A stretch of 63,685 nt of DNA, the filler included, from Octopus bimaculoides (Eukaryota): the NCBI RefSeq assembly GCF_001194135.2. It is 13 parts of 11 records of this genome, joined end to end, with 100 filler letters (N's around TTAATTAATTAA, not from the genome) between each part and the next. Parts side by side here need not be neighbours in the genome. Positions count along the whole stretch, not along the records: positions 7,210 to 11,896 come from NC_068987.1; positions 11,997 to 14,618 come from NW_026411497.1; positions 14,719 to 18,339 come from NC_068991.1; positions 18,440 to 28,603 come from NC_068984.1; 9 more parts are not named here. One strand, written 5' to 3'. The translations under genes were made by a program, and so were the position numbers. Shown piece by piece: positions 9,901 to 22,096 of this stretch. The notes under the pieces are model-generated. The model worked only from the letters and a program-made list of their open reading frames with translations. It searched no databases and was not told where the DNA came from. The stretch's first letter is position 1; each line of letters starts with the position of its first letter.

Positions 9901-10173
9901 CTGCAAATATGGAGTGATGATCTCTTTAACACAAAAGACACTTCAGACGAAACTACACGCTCAGAACATTATGCAAAGCAGGAAACGTCCGACTTGAATA
10001 TTTAAGTGTGACACCTAAACCTATTAAAACTAAATGTCAGAACGTTTACCGATTATTAGCAGAAGAGAAATATTTAACATTATTTTGGAAGATGATACTT
10101 CTGTGAGGATTGTATTCTCTAAATTTGCTGCATAAATGTGTTTCATACATCGGCGCTTGAATAATCTTTATCG

Positions 10174-10204
<31 letters not shown>

Positions 10205-10737
10205 CTTTATTTTACCGTCTTTTTCCGATCACACAGACCAAAGCACAGATACACAAAGATGCACACGTGTGTATACGCATGCATAAATCAAAAAATATAA
10301 TTTACATATACTAGCAAACCTACCCATCTACGATGGAGGCATAAAATGAGGGAGGGAAGTCATAACAGCAATATGTATTGAGAAATGTGTAAATAGACTT
10401 GATAGATTTCTGGGTGATGACTCAGAGAAATCACATTATTGTTGGTGATACAGCATTCTATTGCAGCTATATGACATGTGTTTGCGACTATGTGATATGT
10501 GATGATGATTCACTCCCAGTCTCTGTATCATGAATGGCTATGTGGACCATTCCTAACGAAAACCAGAGCTTACGTCGACCATTTCCTAAAAAGTATTCAG
10601 AAAAAATATTATTTAGATATCCTTTTATTTTAGTTGTTTACGCTATTTTACGCTTGTTTATACACTTATACATTCAAAGTTCACAAATTTCCTTATTTAA
10701 ATTATGAATCATATTCCTTTCGATAATATCAATATGA

Positions 10738-10915
10738 TTACAAAACTACTTTGTAGACGATATTTTCTGTTTGGTCGACACTAATTTTCAAATTACTGGA
10801 GTCCTTTACTCTGCTCATAGTGATGTATAACTGGCCGTGTATAAACACTGGAGTGAGTAAAAGTACACTTACACGATCTAAAGTCTGGCCTTGTGCCTTG
10901 CTTGCTGTGAATGCG
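10738..10915 (-). mobile_element. Helitron PIF1-like helicase C-terminal fragment
   Basis: AFTASKAQGQTLDRVSVLLLTPVFIHGQLYITMSRVK...NIVYKVVL*. Confidence 0.85.
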
Positions 10916-10973
10916 CGAGCGGAATCATTAGGGTTACAAAAAATCAATCTAAAACTCAGTTTCCACAAAAATC

Positions 10974-11767
10974 CAGTTTCCACAAAAACCCAGTTTCCAC
11001 AAAAACTCTTCACCAGGAGTTGCACATAGCCGGATTTCACTGGAGGGCCGCAATCAGAAAATCCCTACATTTAATAACAAACGTTGCAAAGCGTTTAGAG
11101 TGGAGTAAAAACCTATAGAATTGGTCCCTAGAGCAGTAGAAGAAAGTTATTTCCTCGAACGAGTTATCTTTTACCTTATCTACGTGTGGAGACAGCCAAA
11201 AGAAGACTGCTCTCTTCCAACTGTTAAACATGGAGGAGGATCTGTGATGATCTGGGGGGGGGGCTATATCTTGGAAATCCGCCGGTCCAATGGTTTCCCT
11301 TCGTGGCATAATTAATAGTCAAGAATATTTAAGCATTTTATCTGATCAGATTCATCCTATGTTTGTGGTACTGTTTCCGGAGGGAATTGCAATATTTCAT
11401 GATGATAATGCACCAATTCACACAGCTAAAGTTGTTGTTTCTGAATGGCACGAAAAACATTCTAGGGAGGTTGAACATCTTATCTGGCCACCACAGTCCC
11501 CAGATCTCAATATTATTGAACATTTATGGTGCATTTTAGAAAAACAAGTAAGGAGTCGATATCCTCCACCATCATCACTACAAGAACTAGAGACTGTTTT
11601 AGCTGAAGAATGGACAAAAATTCCTTTGGAAACAACTCAAACTTTATACGAGTCCATACCTCGTAGAATTCAAGCTGTAATTACTGCCTAAAGGCGGTCC
11701 TGCCCCATATTAAAATAAATTTGTTTGAAATTTTAAAGTGTTTCCATTATTTTGTCCAAACCCTATA
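10974..11767 (+). mobile_element. Tc1-family transposase remnant, 5'-truncated, with right TIR and TA
   Basis: TVKHGGGSVMIWG...FHDDNAPIH...WPPQSPDLNIIEHLW...SIPRRIQAVI; TIR-like GTGTTTCCATTATTTTGTCCAAACCCTA at 11738-11765 then TA. Confidence 0.9.
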
Positions 11768-11850
11768 TGTATGTATGTATGTATTATGTATGAATGTATG
11801 TATATGTTTGTATGTGTGTGCTTATGTATATATGTATATATGTATATATG

Positions 11851-11896
<46 letters not shown>

Positions 11897-11999
11897 NNNN
11901 NNNNNNNNNNNNNNNNNNNNNNNNNNNNNNNNNNNNNNNNTTAATTAATTAANNNNNNNNNNNNNNNNNNNNNNNNNNNNNNNNNNNNNNNNNNNNTAT

Positions 12000-12330
12000 A
12001 TATATTGTTGTATTTGGGGATGGTCATGTTGCCAGTTTAACCAATGAAAACTCACTCACTATATATTTGGTGTTCACTTGCTTCAGCTTTATTTTATATT
12101 AATCGTATTTCGGCCAGAATTCTTTCATCACACTTCTGTGACCTCATCAGTGGTCCTTTGCTTTCTTCTTTCTTTTTTTGTGTCTCTTTACTAACGATTG
12201 CCATTTTGTATTCCTGTTGTATATGCCTTTTTTTGCGCATGCGTATATAACAGTTGTCTGTTTGGATGTCTCTTTGCGTCAAGTTGCCATCTTCACTCGC
12301 TAATGAATTTTCGTGAAACTTTGCAAACAT
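12000..12330. mobile_element. Unclassified interspersed repeat, also at 60015-60090
   Basis: TTGGGGATGGTCATRTTGCCAGTTTARCCAAT shared with ~60030-60065. Confidence 0.45.
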
Positions 12331-12499
12331 GCTAAAGTAACATCCAGTTTGTTACTACGCTCATTGAAGTTTAATAAAAATCTATAAGTGGATGACTAGT
12401 GCCTCTAGAAGGGATCCGCATATTTAACCAATATATTTTCCTTTAACAGCCAAGGGAAATAACCCATTCATTTTCCATTGCTCACCCTAAACACTACCA

Positions 12500-13075
12500 A
12501 GCTCAAAGTTAATGGTCAAGGGATGAGAATTGACAACAGGTGGATCGTGCCCTACACCCCATTACTGTCTAAAACATTGCAGGCCCATGTTAATGTTGAG
12601 TCATGCAACTCTATAAAAAGTATTAAATATGTATGTAAATACATCAATAAGGATTCAGATATGGCAGTTTTGGGACTTGAACAGGAGAGCAGGGAGGCAA
12701 ATGAAATTCAGCAATATAAGTTGGGCAGGTATATTTACTCTAATGAGGGCTTCGAAATCCATGAGTGGCATCCAACAGTGGTGAATCTATCGGTGCATAT
12801 TGAAAATGACCAGCATGCATATTTCACGGAAGACGATGCTCAAAACATAGTTCTGAATCCACCAGACATCTTTCTTCAAATTATGCCAATGTGATCTGTT
12901 TGCCTGAATATTGTTGTATGTTGAGGTTCCCGTGTACTATACTTGGGCACACAATAGATGGAACAGACGCAAGCAGGGAGCACGCATTGAGGGCTGGGAA
13001 GAACATGCTGTTTTCAGAAGTGGGGCCATCGAACAGGTGTACACTGTGCACCCTAATCAGCAGGAGTGCTGATTA
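12500..13075 (+). mobile_element. Helitron Rep-region fragment
   Basis: IDNRWIVPYTPLLSKTLQAHVNVESCNSIKSIKYVCKYINK...GRY...HPTVVNLSVH, continuing frameshifted to VYTVHPNQQEC. Confidence 0.9.
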
Positions 13076-13099
13076 GAAAATAGCTGGCACAACTTTTTT

Positions 13100-13985
13100 A
13101 AGCACTGAGGTCGTGTTGAGAACTGTTTTTTGGTAACCATGGATGTTTCTTCCTTATATCCCAATATTGACTGCAATGAAGAGGTAGAAGTATGCATGGA
13201 TGCCTTTGAAAAGTGGTCAAACTAAAGTATTCCATCAAATTTTCTCTAGATTATTGCGGTTTGTGTTACAAAGTAATACAATGAAATTTAGACAAAGATT
13301 TTTCCACCAGACGAAGAGTTGCCATGGGTACCCCCATGGCAGTTAATTTTGCTAATGTCTTCATGATGAAATTGAAGACACAGTTACTGAAGACATTCAA
13401 ATCCCTTCATAATCATGAAACATGCAAATTATGTCAAACATGCATCATTATGTCAAATGCAGTTACAGTGACTCATGATTAAAGGAAATTGCAAATGAAA
13501 TAGCTAAGATGAGCAAAGATAGTCAAACTTTCATGCATAAGTTTAGCAAACACAATACAATAGATAGCAGAATTCCTTTAGTGATTTAACTGGCATCGAA
13601 ATTTTGCTGGTATTTCAAAAAAGTGTTGCATGAAAGTTACCTGCATGTAGCGAAAAAATATCCTCGTTTCAAACAGATATTTCCTCAGCCGCCTATTGTA
13701 GCCTTTAGACAATAAGAATATAAGAGAATTATTGACCTCTGTTTCTGTCTCCAAGAAAACGAACATTGGAGTATCTGCATGCTGTACCTTGAAGAACAGT
13801 CGCAAGAGAGGTAAGCCCTGTTCATTGTGCAACAACTGAGTCACGTGAATTCCATCATGAATCATAACAGAAATGTTATGATTTACATGGAAGGTGGGAC
13901 GGGTAGAGATTCCCATTTGGTGTACGTGGCAGAATGCACAAAACACACCTTGATTTATGTTGGTTGTACAGCAGAACAATTAAAT
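13100..13985 (+). mobile_element. Penelope-like element, decayed RT and GIY-YIG endonuclease
   Basis: DVSSLYPNI; AMGTPMAVNFANVFM; LVYVAECTKHTLIYVGCTAEQLNR. Confidence 0.75.
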
Positions 13986-14060
13986 AGGAGCAGGAGTGGC
14001 TGCGTGGTAAGTAACTCGCTTCCCAAGTATTTGTTGGCAGTTAGTTACTTCCCGTGAACG
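13985..14060 (+). mobile_element. SINE family A head fragment
   Basis: GGAGTGGCTGCGTGGTAAGTAACTCGCTTCCCAA. Confidence 0.6.
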
Positions 14061-15533
14061 AGGAAAGACGTGTAGCTGTTTAGCTCCATCTTTGAAAAAA
14101 AAGGTCGCCGTCAAGGTAAGCGATTTTGTTTGTTTTGAGCTGGGTAGAATTATTGTGTGTCTTATTTCTATTACAGCATATTCTGCCCAGCTCTGGGGCA
14201 TTTTCGCTTACTCTTGGCGGTGAATTTGTTATTTGTTGCTTGTTAAGCAAGCAAAAGTGTGTCCAGTCCATTGTTGGGTTTTGAACCGATGTAATGGCAG
14301 ACTGGAGTTGTTTGTGAACTTTTCACTTCAAGAACAGTTGTATTCACTTCAAGTGGAGGTTTTTGAGGAAAAAAAAGACTGCTTGAAGTGAAGGCATTGT
14401 GAGAATTTGGACTTCTGAGAATACCTTTTTGAGGAAGAATTTTGTTTCAGAAGCTCTGCGAAGTCAACAGTGGGAAGGCTGTGCGGAGTACCATGTTCAA
14501 GCCTGGGCAAGAGTACCTGTGTGGCCTGAAGTTTGTTTGCCATGATCTGTTTTTTCTTCCTTTGAACTGTTTTTCATCGAACTGTGTTTTCCTCTTTCTT
14601 TTTCTTCTCTTCCTTTTTNNNNNNNNNNNNNNNNNNNNNNNNNNNNNNNNNNNNNNNNNNNNTTAATTAATTAANNNNNNNNNNNNNNNNNNNNNNNNNN
14701 NNNNNNNNNNNNNNNNNNTATATATATATATATATATATATATTAGAATATGAACCGGCTGATAATAAAAATGTACATGCGCACATGTACGATGGAGGCC
14801 ATTAAGTGAAAAACTTCAGGTTTTAGTATATCATGTTTTATATAGAAGAGATAGTTTACCCTCATCGATTATTGAATTAAAACTGCTTATCCTACTAGCA
14901 ACATTGCCAGAGGTTAACTATGGGTCGCCAAATATCCTCCATCGTAATGTTTGTTACTTTTCGAAACGGATTTTCAAATCAGGAATATATAGATTCTTGT
15001 AATTAGGACAAATTTAATGCTTAATCGATGTCTATTGCGTTCAAGTAAATTTTATATTCCAGGATATTCCATATTCAATCTTCGAGGTTTTGTTTTCTTT
15101 TAGCTGCTATACAGGAAAGCGTGAGCGTTTTGTTTACGAGGTCGGTGATAGAATCGAGAAAAATGTTGCTGTCCTTAGCAAACTGACCCATTGTATATAC
15201 TTTCCTCGGTCACTCCCTCAAATTGGATGTTTGCGGTTTTTGCGGATGCATGATCGTGTATAACTTTGTAAAGTCATTTTGAATTGACATTAAAAAGAAA
15301 ATAGATATGTTGGCGTCTACTCATTTAAAAGGCCGAAATATATCCGGGATAGCCTCGTGTTCCTGCAATAACAATAAAAATATTATTTATGGACTGGTAG
15401 AGTTTCATTCCTTACTGCTTACTGTATTTCCTCAAGCCTGGCACGTTCTCACCCCGAAGACGCACCTCTATTGTGATACGATATATACAAAGACAAGATC
15501 TCAGTACTTTCACATACAGTACTTTCACATAAA

Positions 15534-16070
15534 GGCGCAGGAGTGGCTGTGTGGTAAGTAGCTTGCTTACCAACCACATGGTTCCGGGTTCAGTCTCACA
15601 TTGCGTGGCACCTTCGGTAAGTATCTTCTATTATAGTCTCGGGCCGACCAAAGCCTTGTGAGTGGATTTGGTAGACGGAAACTGAAAGAAGCCCGTGGTA
15701 TATATGTGTATATATATATATATGTGTGTGTGTTTTTGTGTCTGNNNNNNNNNNTCGGGCCGACCAAAGCCTTGTGAGTGGATTTGGTAGACGGAAACTG
15801 AAAGAAGCCCGTGGTATATATGTGTATATATATATATATGTGTGTGTGTTTTTGTGTCTGTGTTTGTCCCCCCACCATCACTTGACAACTGATGCTGTTG
15901 TGTTTAGGTCCCCGTAACTTAGCGGTTCGGCAAAAGAGACCGATAGAATAAGTACTAGGCATCCAAAGAATAAGTCCTGGGGTCGATTTGCTCGACTAAA
16001 GGCGGTGCTCCAGCATGGCTACAGTCAAATGACTGAAACAAATAAGAGAGTAAATGAGTAAAAGAGTAAA
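15534..16070 (+). mobile_element. Full-length SINE family A; segment repeated across a 10-N gap
   Basis: All modules present; 15640-15745 repeated at 15755-15860. Confidence 0.9.
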
Positions 16071-16149
16071 GTGTATACAAACTGATTCTAAACTTTTATG
16101 TTCAGTCGCTTAACAACAAATAGATCCTGTAGGTCTTTACGCATCTTTA

Positions 16150-16280
16150 GCTTTAAAGTGTTGGGGTTACGAACTTAAGCTCTTGGGTTCGATTCCTAGA
16201 CGCAGCAGCACGTTTTATCTTTGAGAAAGGCACTTTATTTTCTCTGTCCATTCATCTGAAAATGAATATATTTAGCATAG
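16150..16280 (+). mobile_element. Degenerate CORE-like SINE
   Basis: GGGTTCGATTCC B-box followed by TTGAGAAAGGCACTTTAT...CTGAAAATGAAT. Confidence 0.4.
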
Positions 16281-17719
16281 ATAAACCTCCTCTCGGAATA
16301 ACCTTTCTCCGTTAAAATGCAGCCTTTATTCTCTAAAATACACTCTAAATTTTCGAGATATTTTAGAAAATTAAATTTCTTCGACGTCGAGAATTGTGGG
16401 ATTATTCGCTAACATTTTAATTGCATTCCCGAAATATTAAATATGTTAACATTAACTTAGAATTACCAGTTTTATATTCGTATTTTGCCTTTTATTTCCC
16501 CACATTGTAGACAGATCTTGAGAGTGCAGTGATTCATGTAATAAAAACACAACAAAATAAGTGCAATGCAATATTGTTTGTATTTCAATGGGTTGCATAT
16601 ATAGTTGGTTGAAGCCTCGTCGATGGTTATATGAAATGCGGTCCTCCTTCACAATAATTTCCTTTCAGGAAGCAAATTCTTAGTCTTGGAACTTTTCATT
16701 TTTAATATGTCTTAGTAACTACTAAAGACATTGAAGAAGTGAAGCGTTCAGAGATAACCACCTTTGTACTATTTCTGTCGAACTGTTGATGGACACTTTA
16801 CAACACAAAACAAAGAAGGTGAGTAGATTTGTAATTCCTATCACTGTAATATTCTTTATATTTATTCATTTGAAGAATAAGAGGAAGTAAAAACATTTAG
16901 TATATATTCAGGTTTACATAAAAGTGCACTAGACCAAATTTACTGAAGCAACAATATTAAAGACTTTTAAATATATATAAAAAATAAACTGCAGACATTT
17001 CTCCTATCCTGTTTATGTAGAATTGGCAAAACTCTACTGACACAGTTTTCAGAAGACTGATCAGGAAAAAACAAAATGGCACCGCAGTTCTTCAATGTTC
17101 TGCAGATATTAGATGCGGACAAATGCTGCCACATAATGATCTTTAATATGATATTGGCACTTGATGGGAAATAGTTATTTTGACAGTTCTCTGCTACGAT
17201 ATAACAACAGGTTGTCTTCAGAATTATTCGACTTTTACAATGTTATTTATTATGTTATTGTTTAGGATTTGTTGATTTTTTTTTAAGTGAAAGACAAGAC
17301 GATGCAAATGATATTTAGTTCCATTTTCTTTTATGAATTAGCGTTTCTTTTTTGACTATATTTTATTCATTTGCTTAACGGTATTGCTTTTCTTTTTACA
17401 ACATTCGAGAGTCGGTATAAAGATGGCGTACATTTATCACTGATTAAAACAATATGAATAAATGTGACAGCAATCAGGAGAATTTCGCGTAACAAAAGAG
17501 TATTAATAAAGAGAATGATCTTTTGTGAAGCGAAATATCAATTGTAGTCAATAGCTTTTTCCTGTTAGAAAGAATAATAATCTAAAATATAATAAAGAAT
17601 CTCACATTAAAATCTTACTTTCTTACAGAAATAATTTGCATTTGTGTGCCTAAGAATGCATATATACATGTGTTTATGCACGTGTATGCATATGTTTGTG
17701 AATATGTATGTATCATGTA

Positions 17720-17748
17720 TATACATTTATGTATGTATGTATGTATGT

Positions 17749-17783
<35 letters not shown>

Positions 17784-17787
17784 TATT

Positions 17788-17849
<62 letters not shown>

Positions 17850-17960
17850 TATTATATGTACGTGCACGTCTGTGTGTATATATTATACATTCACATATCC
17901 ATAAATATATATATATATATATATACATATATATGTATATGTATATATAGGTATATTCAT
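17720..17960. repeat. (TATG)n-(TAGA)n-(TA)n microsatellite block
   Basis: Direct inspection. Confidence 0.95.
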
Positions 17961-18271
17961 AGATACGAACACAAGCAAGCATATGTGTGTGTGAGGGGTG
18001 GGGGTAGAGAGTGTGTGCGCGTGAGCAAATGATAAGTTAACGATATCGATTCCCAAACTGAACTGTAAGGAACGGAGAGATAAATTTAGATAAAAAGCTC
18101 TTCGCCGTTAAGAATCAAATTACAGTAAAGAAGAAGAGGCACAAACCGCCACGGACGATAATAAATGTTCAACTAACTGCGATATTTATGTATCAGGAGA
18201 CCTTCTTCAGAATACGATGTATATATAGATAAGTGTGTATGCGAGTTTGTGCGTGCGTATGAGTGATTGTA

Positions 18272-18339
<68 letters not shown>

Positions 18340-18441
18340 NNNNNNNNNNNNNNNNNNNNNNNNNNNNNNNNNNNNNNNNNNNNTTAATTAATTAANNNNN
18401 NNNNNNNNNNNNNNNNNNNNNNNNNNNNNNNNNNNNNNNAT

Positions 18442-18475
<34 letters not shown>

Positions 18476-18819
18476 ATACATATATATATATATAGCGAGA
18501 TATAGCGAGAGAGGTAAAATATATACGAGACAAGTAATGAGGTCGATGTAATCGACTTTCCCTCCCTTAAAAAACTATTTTCTCCTTATTTAAAAAGAGT
18601 TGACTACTATTTTTCACAGATAAAGAGAACTAGTGAAGATCTTTTCGTTAGTTTTTTTAAAGCTTTGTTACTTATTTATGTATTTACTTATTTTGATTTA
18701 GTTTAGAGGAAACCGTTGAGATCGATGCAATTAATGTTACTTCTGAACGACTACATGTTAATAGCTGCAAGGAAGACAAGGATTTGTGGAGGAAATAACA
18801 GAGGGATAACGTCCTGATT

Positions 18820-19090
18820 AAGAAGGAATGTGTGTAGTGGTTAATGTAGAACCAAGGCTAGGGAGAAAGTGAAAAAAAGATGAGAGGCATGTGAACCAAG
18901 AGAGCCTGAGAAGTGGCATGAGATGGTCAGTTCCAACGAAGCTGGGGAAAGTCACTGTGGTAGCATTAGGAAAAAGAATATGAAGAGAGACACAAGGAGT
19001 TAATGGACAAGAAGTTTGTGTACTCAACCAATTGGTTGGCCTTTTTCTGGATGTAGTCTTGGATATATGTGGGTGTAGCAACAACACCAT
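18820..19090 (-). mobile_element. Highly decayed CR1/L2-group LINE ORF2 C-terminal fragment
   Basis: YIQKKANQLV...CYHS...INHYTHSFL resembles RIQKRAIRLI...YYHG...TNHYSNSFF; contains stops. Confidence 0.35.
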
Positions 19091-19939
19091 ACCAGACAGA
19101 GGAATAATTTTCCAATATAAATTTCACTTGATTTTTCTTTATCATTTAGCATACCACATATAAGAAGATTCTAAACTGTGTGCCGCCGGTCGTTTCGAGA
19201 GGTACCGCGCGAAATTAAGTCAAATTTAATCAATTTTAACGATTATTTATTTGTGAAGTATATTTTAGATCTGACACCTCGTCGTACAATTAGATGTGTA
19301 ACTAGTGTCACATGATACGATATTTAACCGCTATCAAAACTTCTCACTAACGTGAGTAGTTTGGAGGACTCTGCTATACAGCTCACCCAATATTTTATAA
19401 ACTATAATTCATTTTACCATATATGTCCAGTATTCTTACAACAGATCATTCAGCTAACCAACATTCTGTAAAATATCTCACTGAACTTAAAACAAATGGA
19501 GTGCCCAATTCTTCACTATAGATCTTGTAGATCTATTTCTTGAAGACACCGGCCAAATGCCTTTGAACTGACTTATTTATGATTATGTTATTGCTAATGA
19601 TTTTTATTGTTTAACCTCAGGTCACATCTGATCGAGAAGATCTACAATCAAATCATTCCATCTCGCTATTATAGCTGCATGTGTGGCTACCATAATCTAA
19701 TGTGTCTACTCATTTCCACATAATGGCAGAGTATTAGTTGAGGGATATTTGGCTGTTATTTCTAACAGCTCGAACGACCTGCTTGACGTTCTCTTGTTGA
19801 TTAGTTATCGCTATGCGGACTCAACCATTTAAAAAGCTGCCTTGAGCAATGGATAGACGCAGCAGAATTCGAGTCTCCTGATCGCTAGCGAGATACGAAT
19901 CGTTAACTGTTGTTCGATTTGTCTACTTTACTCTATTTC

Positions 19940-19963
19940 AACCCTAACCCTAACCCTAACCCT
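19940..19963 (-). repeat. Short interstitial (TTAGGG)4 telomere-type repeat
   Basis: AACCCT x4 on + strand. Confidence 0.8.
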
Positions 19964-20489
19964 TTAACTTTGAATAACCTCTATCACTCCTTCCCTCCCT
20001 CTCTCCCTCTCGTGTATCAATATAAGAGATAAAGACGAACACAAAATCGATACTACCTGGACTGGCTAATAAAACTTTGTTTAAAGTGATTGTTATTATT
20101 TTGCAATAAATAATTACATAAATAAATAACAACAGAAGAATCTTCATTCAGCTCTCGTTAAATACTACCTGAAAAGAAATCGTGTTTGGCGGGGGAAAGG
20201 GCCAAATCTAGCTAGTGCAATTCAACAAGTTGTTTCTTTACAACTCTAACATGATTTTATGTATTTCAAGAACCCTGTGTCATTGTTCTTGGTTGACATA
20301 AGCAATCCACACCTGAATAATATTGTCACTTGACGAGTATTTAGCTTGATAGATGGATGGATAAATTGATTGGTCCGTTAAAGAGAGGAAGAAGAAAAAT
20401 AGATATATGAAGAATGAAGGGAAATCGGGTACATATAAAAGAAAATGGCGGATAGGGTATATCGAATGCATAAGATTGACTACGGACTA

Positions 20490-20654
20490 CGCAGCTCTGT
20501 TTCGTCCAGCTTTACGTTCTGAGTTCAAGTTCCACCGATGTCTACTTTCCGTCCATAAAAGGAGTGCCAGTTAAGCATTTCAGATCGATATAATTGACTA
20601 GCTCCCTCCCCAAAAATTTGAAGCCTTGCACCTATAGCAAAAAGGATAATCATT
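20490..20654 (+). mobile_element. SINE family B, degenerate
   Basis: CTTTACGTTCTGAGTTCAAG...GATATAATTGACTAG...GCCTTGCACC. Confidence 0.7.
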
Positions 20655-22029
20655 AGACGAGCACGGTTGAGTGCGAGTCTCAACAAAATGCAGAGACTCT
20701 CAACAAAATGTAGAGTCGTGCTCGTCTATAAATGTCCAATGCGCGCCCGGGCCCTATTATTTATTTATATGAATTAATTAGCTCATGTAATAGTCCATTA
20801 CATTAGAACGAAATTTATGATGACTTAGTTGAAATGACTATTTAAGTGGTTAAACTTAGACGATATACACTGTATATCTATTCCGCAAATTCCTTTCGTT
20901 ATATTCAATGTGATTTGATATTAGCGATTGGCTATTGGCAATTACCTCAATAGCAATTTCTTGACCAAATTCAGTCTCTTTAATTTTAAGGAGAATAATA
21001 GTATGTAGATACATTGTAAACTAAAAGTGACAAATTTTTTAAAAAGTGCAACAAAATGCGTTTTAGTAAGTTTTTTAAAGAAATACTTTTAAGAAATATT
21101 AGTAATTTTTTAAAGAAATACCTACTTGCTTCTTTTTAAAGTTCAATATTGGTTGATATTTTTTTAATAGAGCATTTTGTTGAATTCTTTTTTTGTTTTT
21201 CAAGAAGTTTTTTTCCAAAAAAATTTACATATTTATCTACGAGTACATGTGCTGGTGCGTATTTATATATAATCGTAGATAAACACGTAAATATATGTAC
21301 ATATCTATCTATCTACATATCAGTGTATGTGCGTTTATAAATGTGTGTATGTATGTATTAAATTACTGGTATGTTAAGAGTGCTTCATTTTTTTCTTTTT
21401 GCGGTAATGCAGTATACAGTATAGCTTATTTAACCAACACTGTGCTACGATAACTATATACAGTACATCTGTACTATATGTTTGTGGACAGAAAAGGAAG
21501 GAACTGTCGTATATTTCAAATATTGCTGTAATCATCGTCAGTAACTGCTTATCCCCTTTAACCATCCGCAAACATACTTTTTATAAATCTACTAATATTA
21601 CTGCTAAAAATAAACTGAGGAGAACACTTTGCATATTTAACTTTCTTCTTATAAACTAGATGAAACATTCATTTAATGGCTTATTAAGCGGATATAGAGA
21701 AAATGGTCGCTGAAAACGAAACCAGCACGAATTGAAATGTAATTATAACTATTGCTCCTTTCCCTGTCAATTAAAATATTGTATAGACATATTGTTTTCA
21801 ATCGTCATATCACAGTGTTGGTTAATCAACCTATAGATATGTATTATGAACCATTATACACACACACACACACCCACACACACACACACACAACTCCCCT
21901 CATTCACACACACATTCTTACCTTTGAATACACTAAAGATTAGTGTTCATTCAGATATTACTATATTCATAGTTTTTTTTATAATACATTTATATAAAGA
22001 GAGATAGATGAGAGAGAAAGCGAAATAGA

Positions 22030-22030
22030 G

Positions 22031-22095
<65 letters not shown>
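22030..22095. repeat. (GAAA)n microsatellite
   Basis: Direct inspection. Confidence 0.95.

Positions 22096-22096
<1 letters not shown>

Noticed and set aside
9945-10005. CAGACGA...GAAACGTC resembling a hammerhead
   Set aside because: Neither stem I nor stem II can be formed
12290-12335. CTAATGA...GAAAC-TTTGCAAA
   Set aside because: G5 is mutated and stems are absent
15104-15120. Possible 17-nt microexon (TTTTCTTTTAG ... GTGAGC)
   Set aside because: Splice-like signals only; too short to evaluate without RNA data
15640-15860. Apparent tandem duplications across gaps (also 50985-51055 and 57780-58280)
   Set aside because: Near-identical sequence on both sides of an N-gap is best explained by unmerged contig overlap
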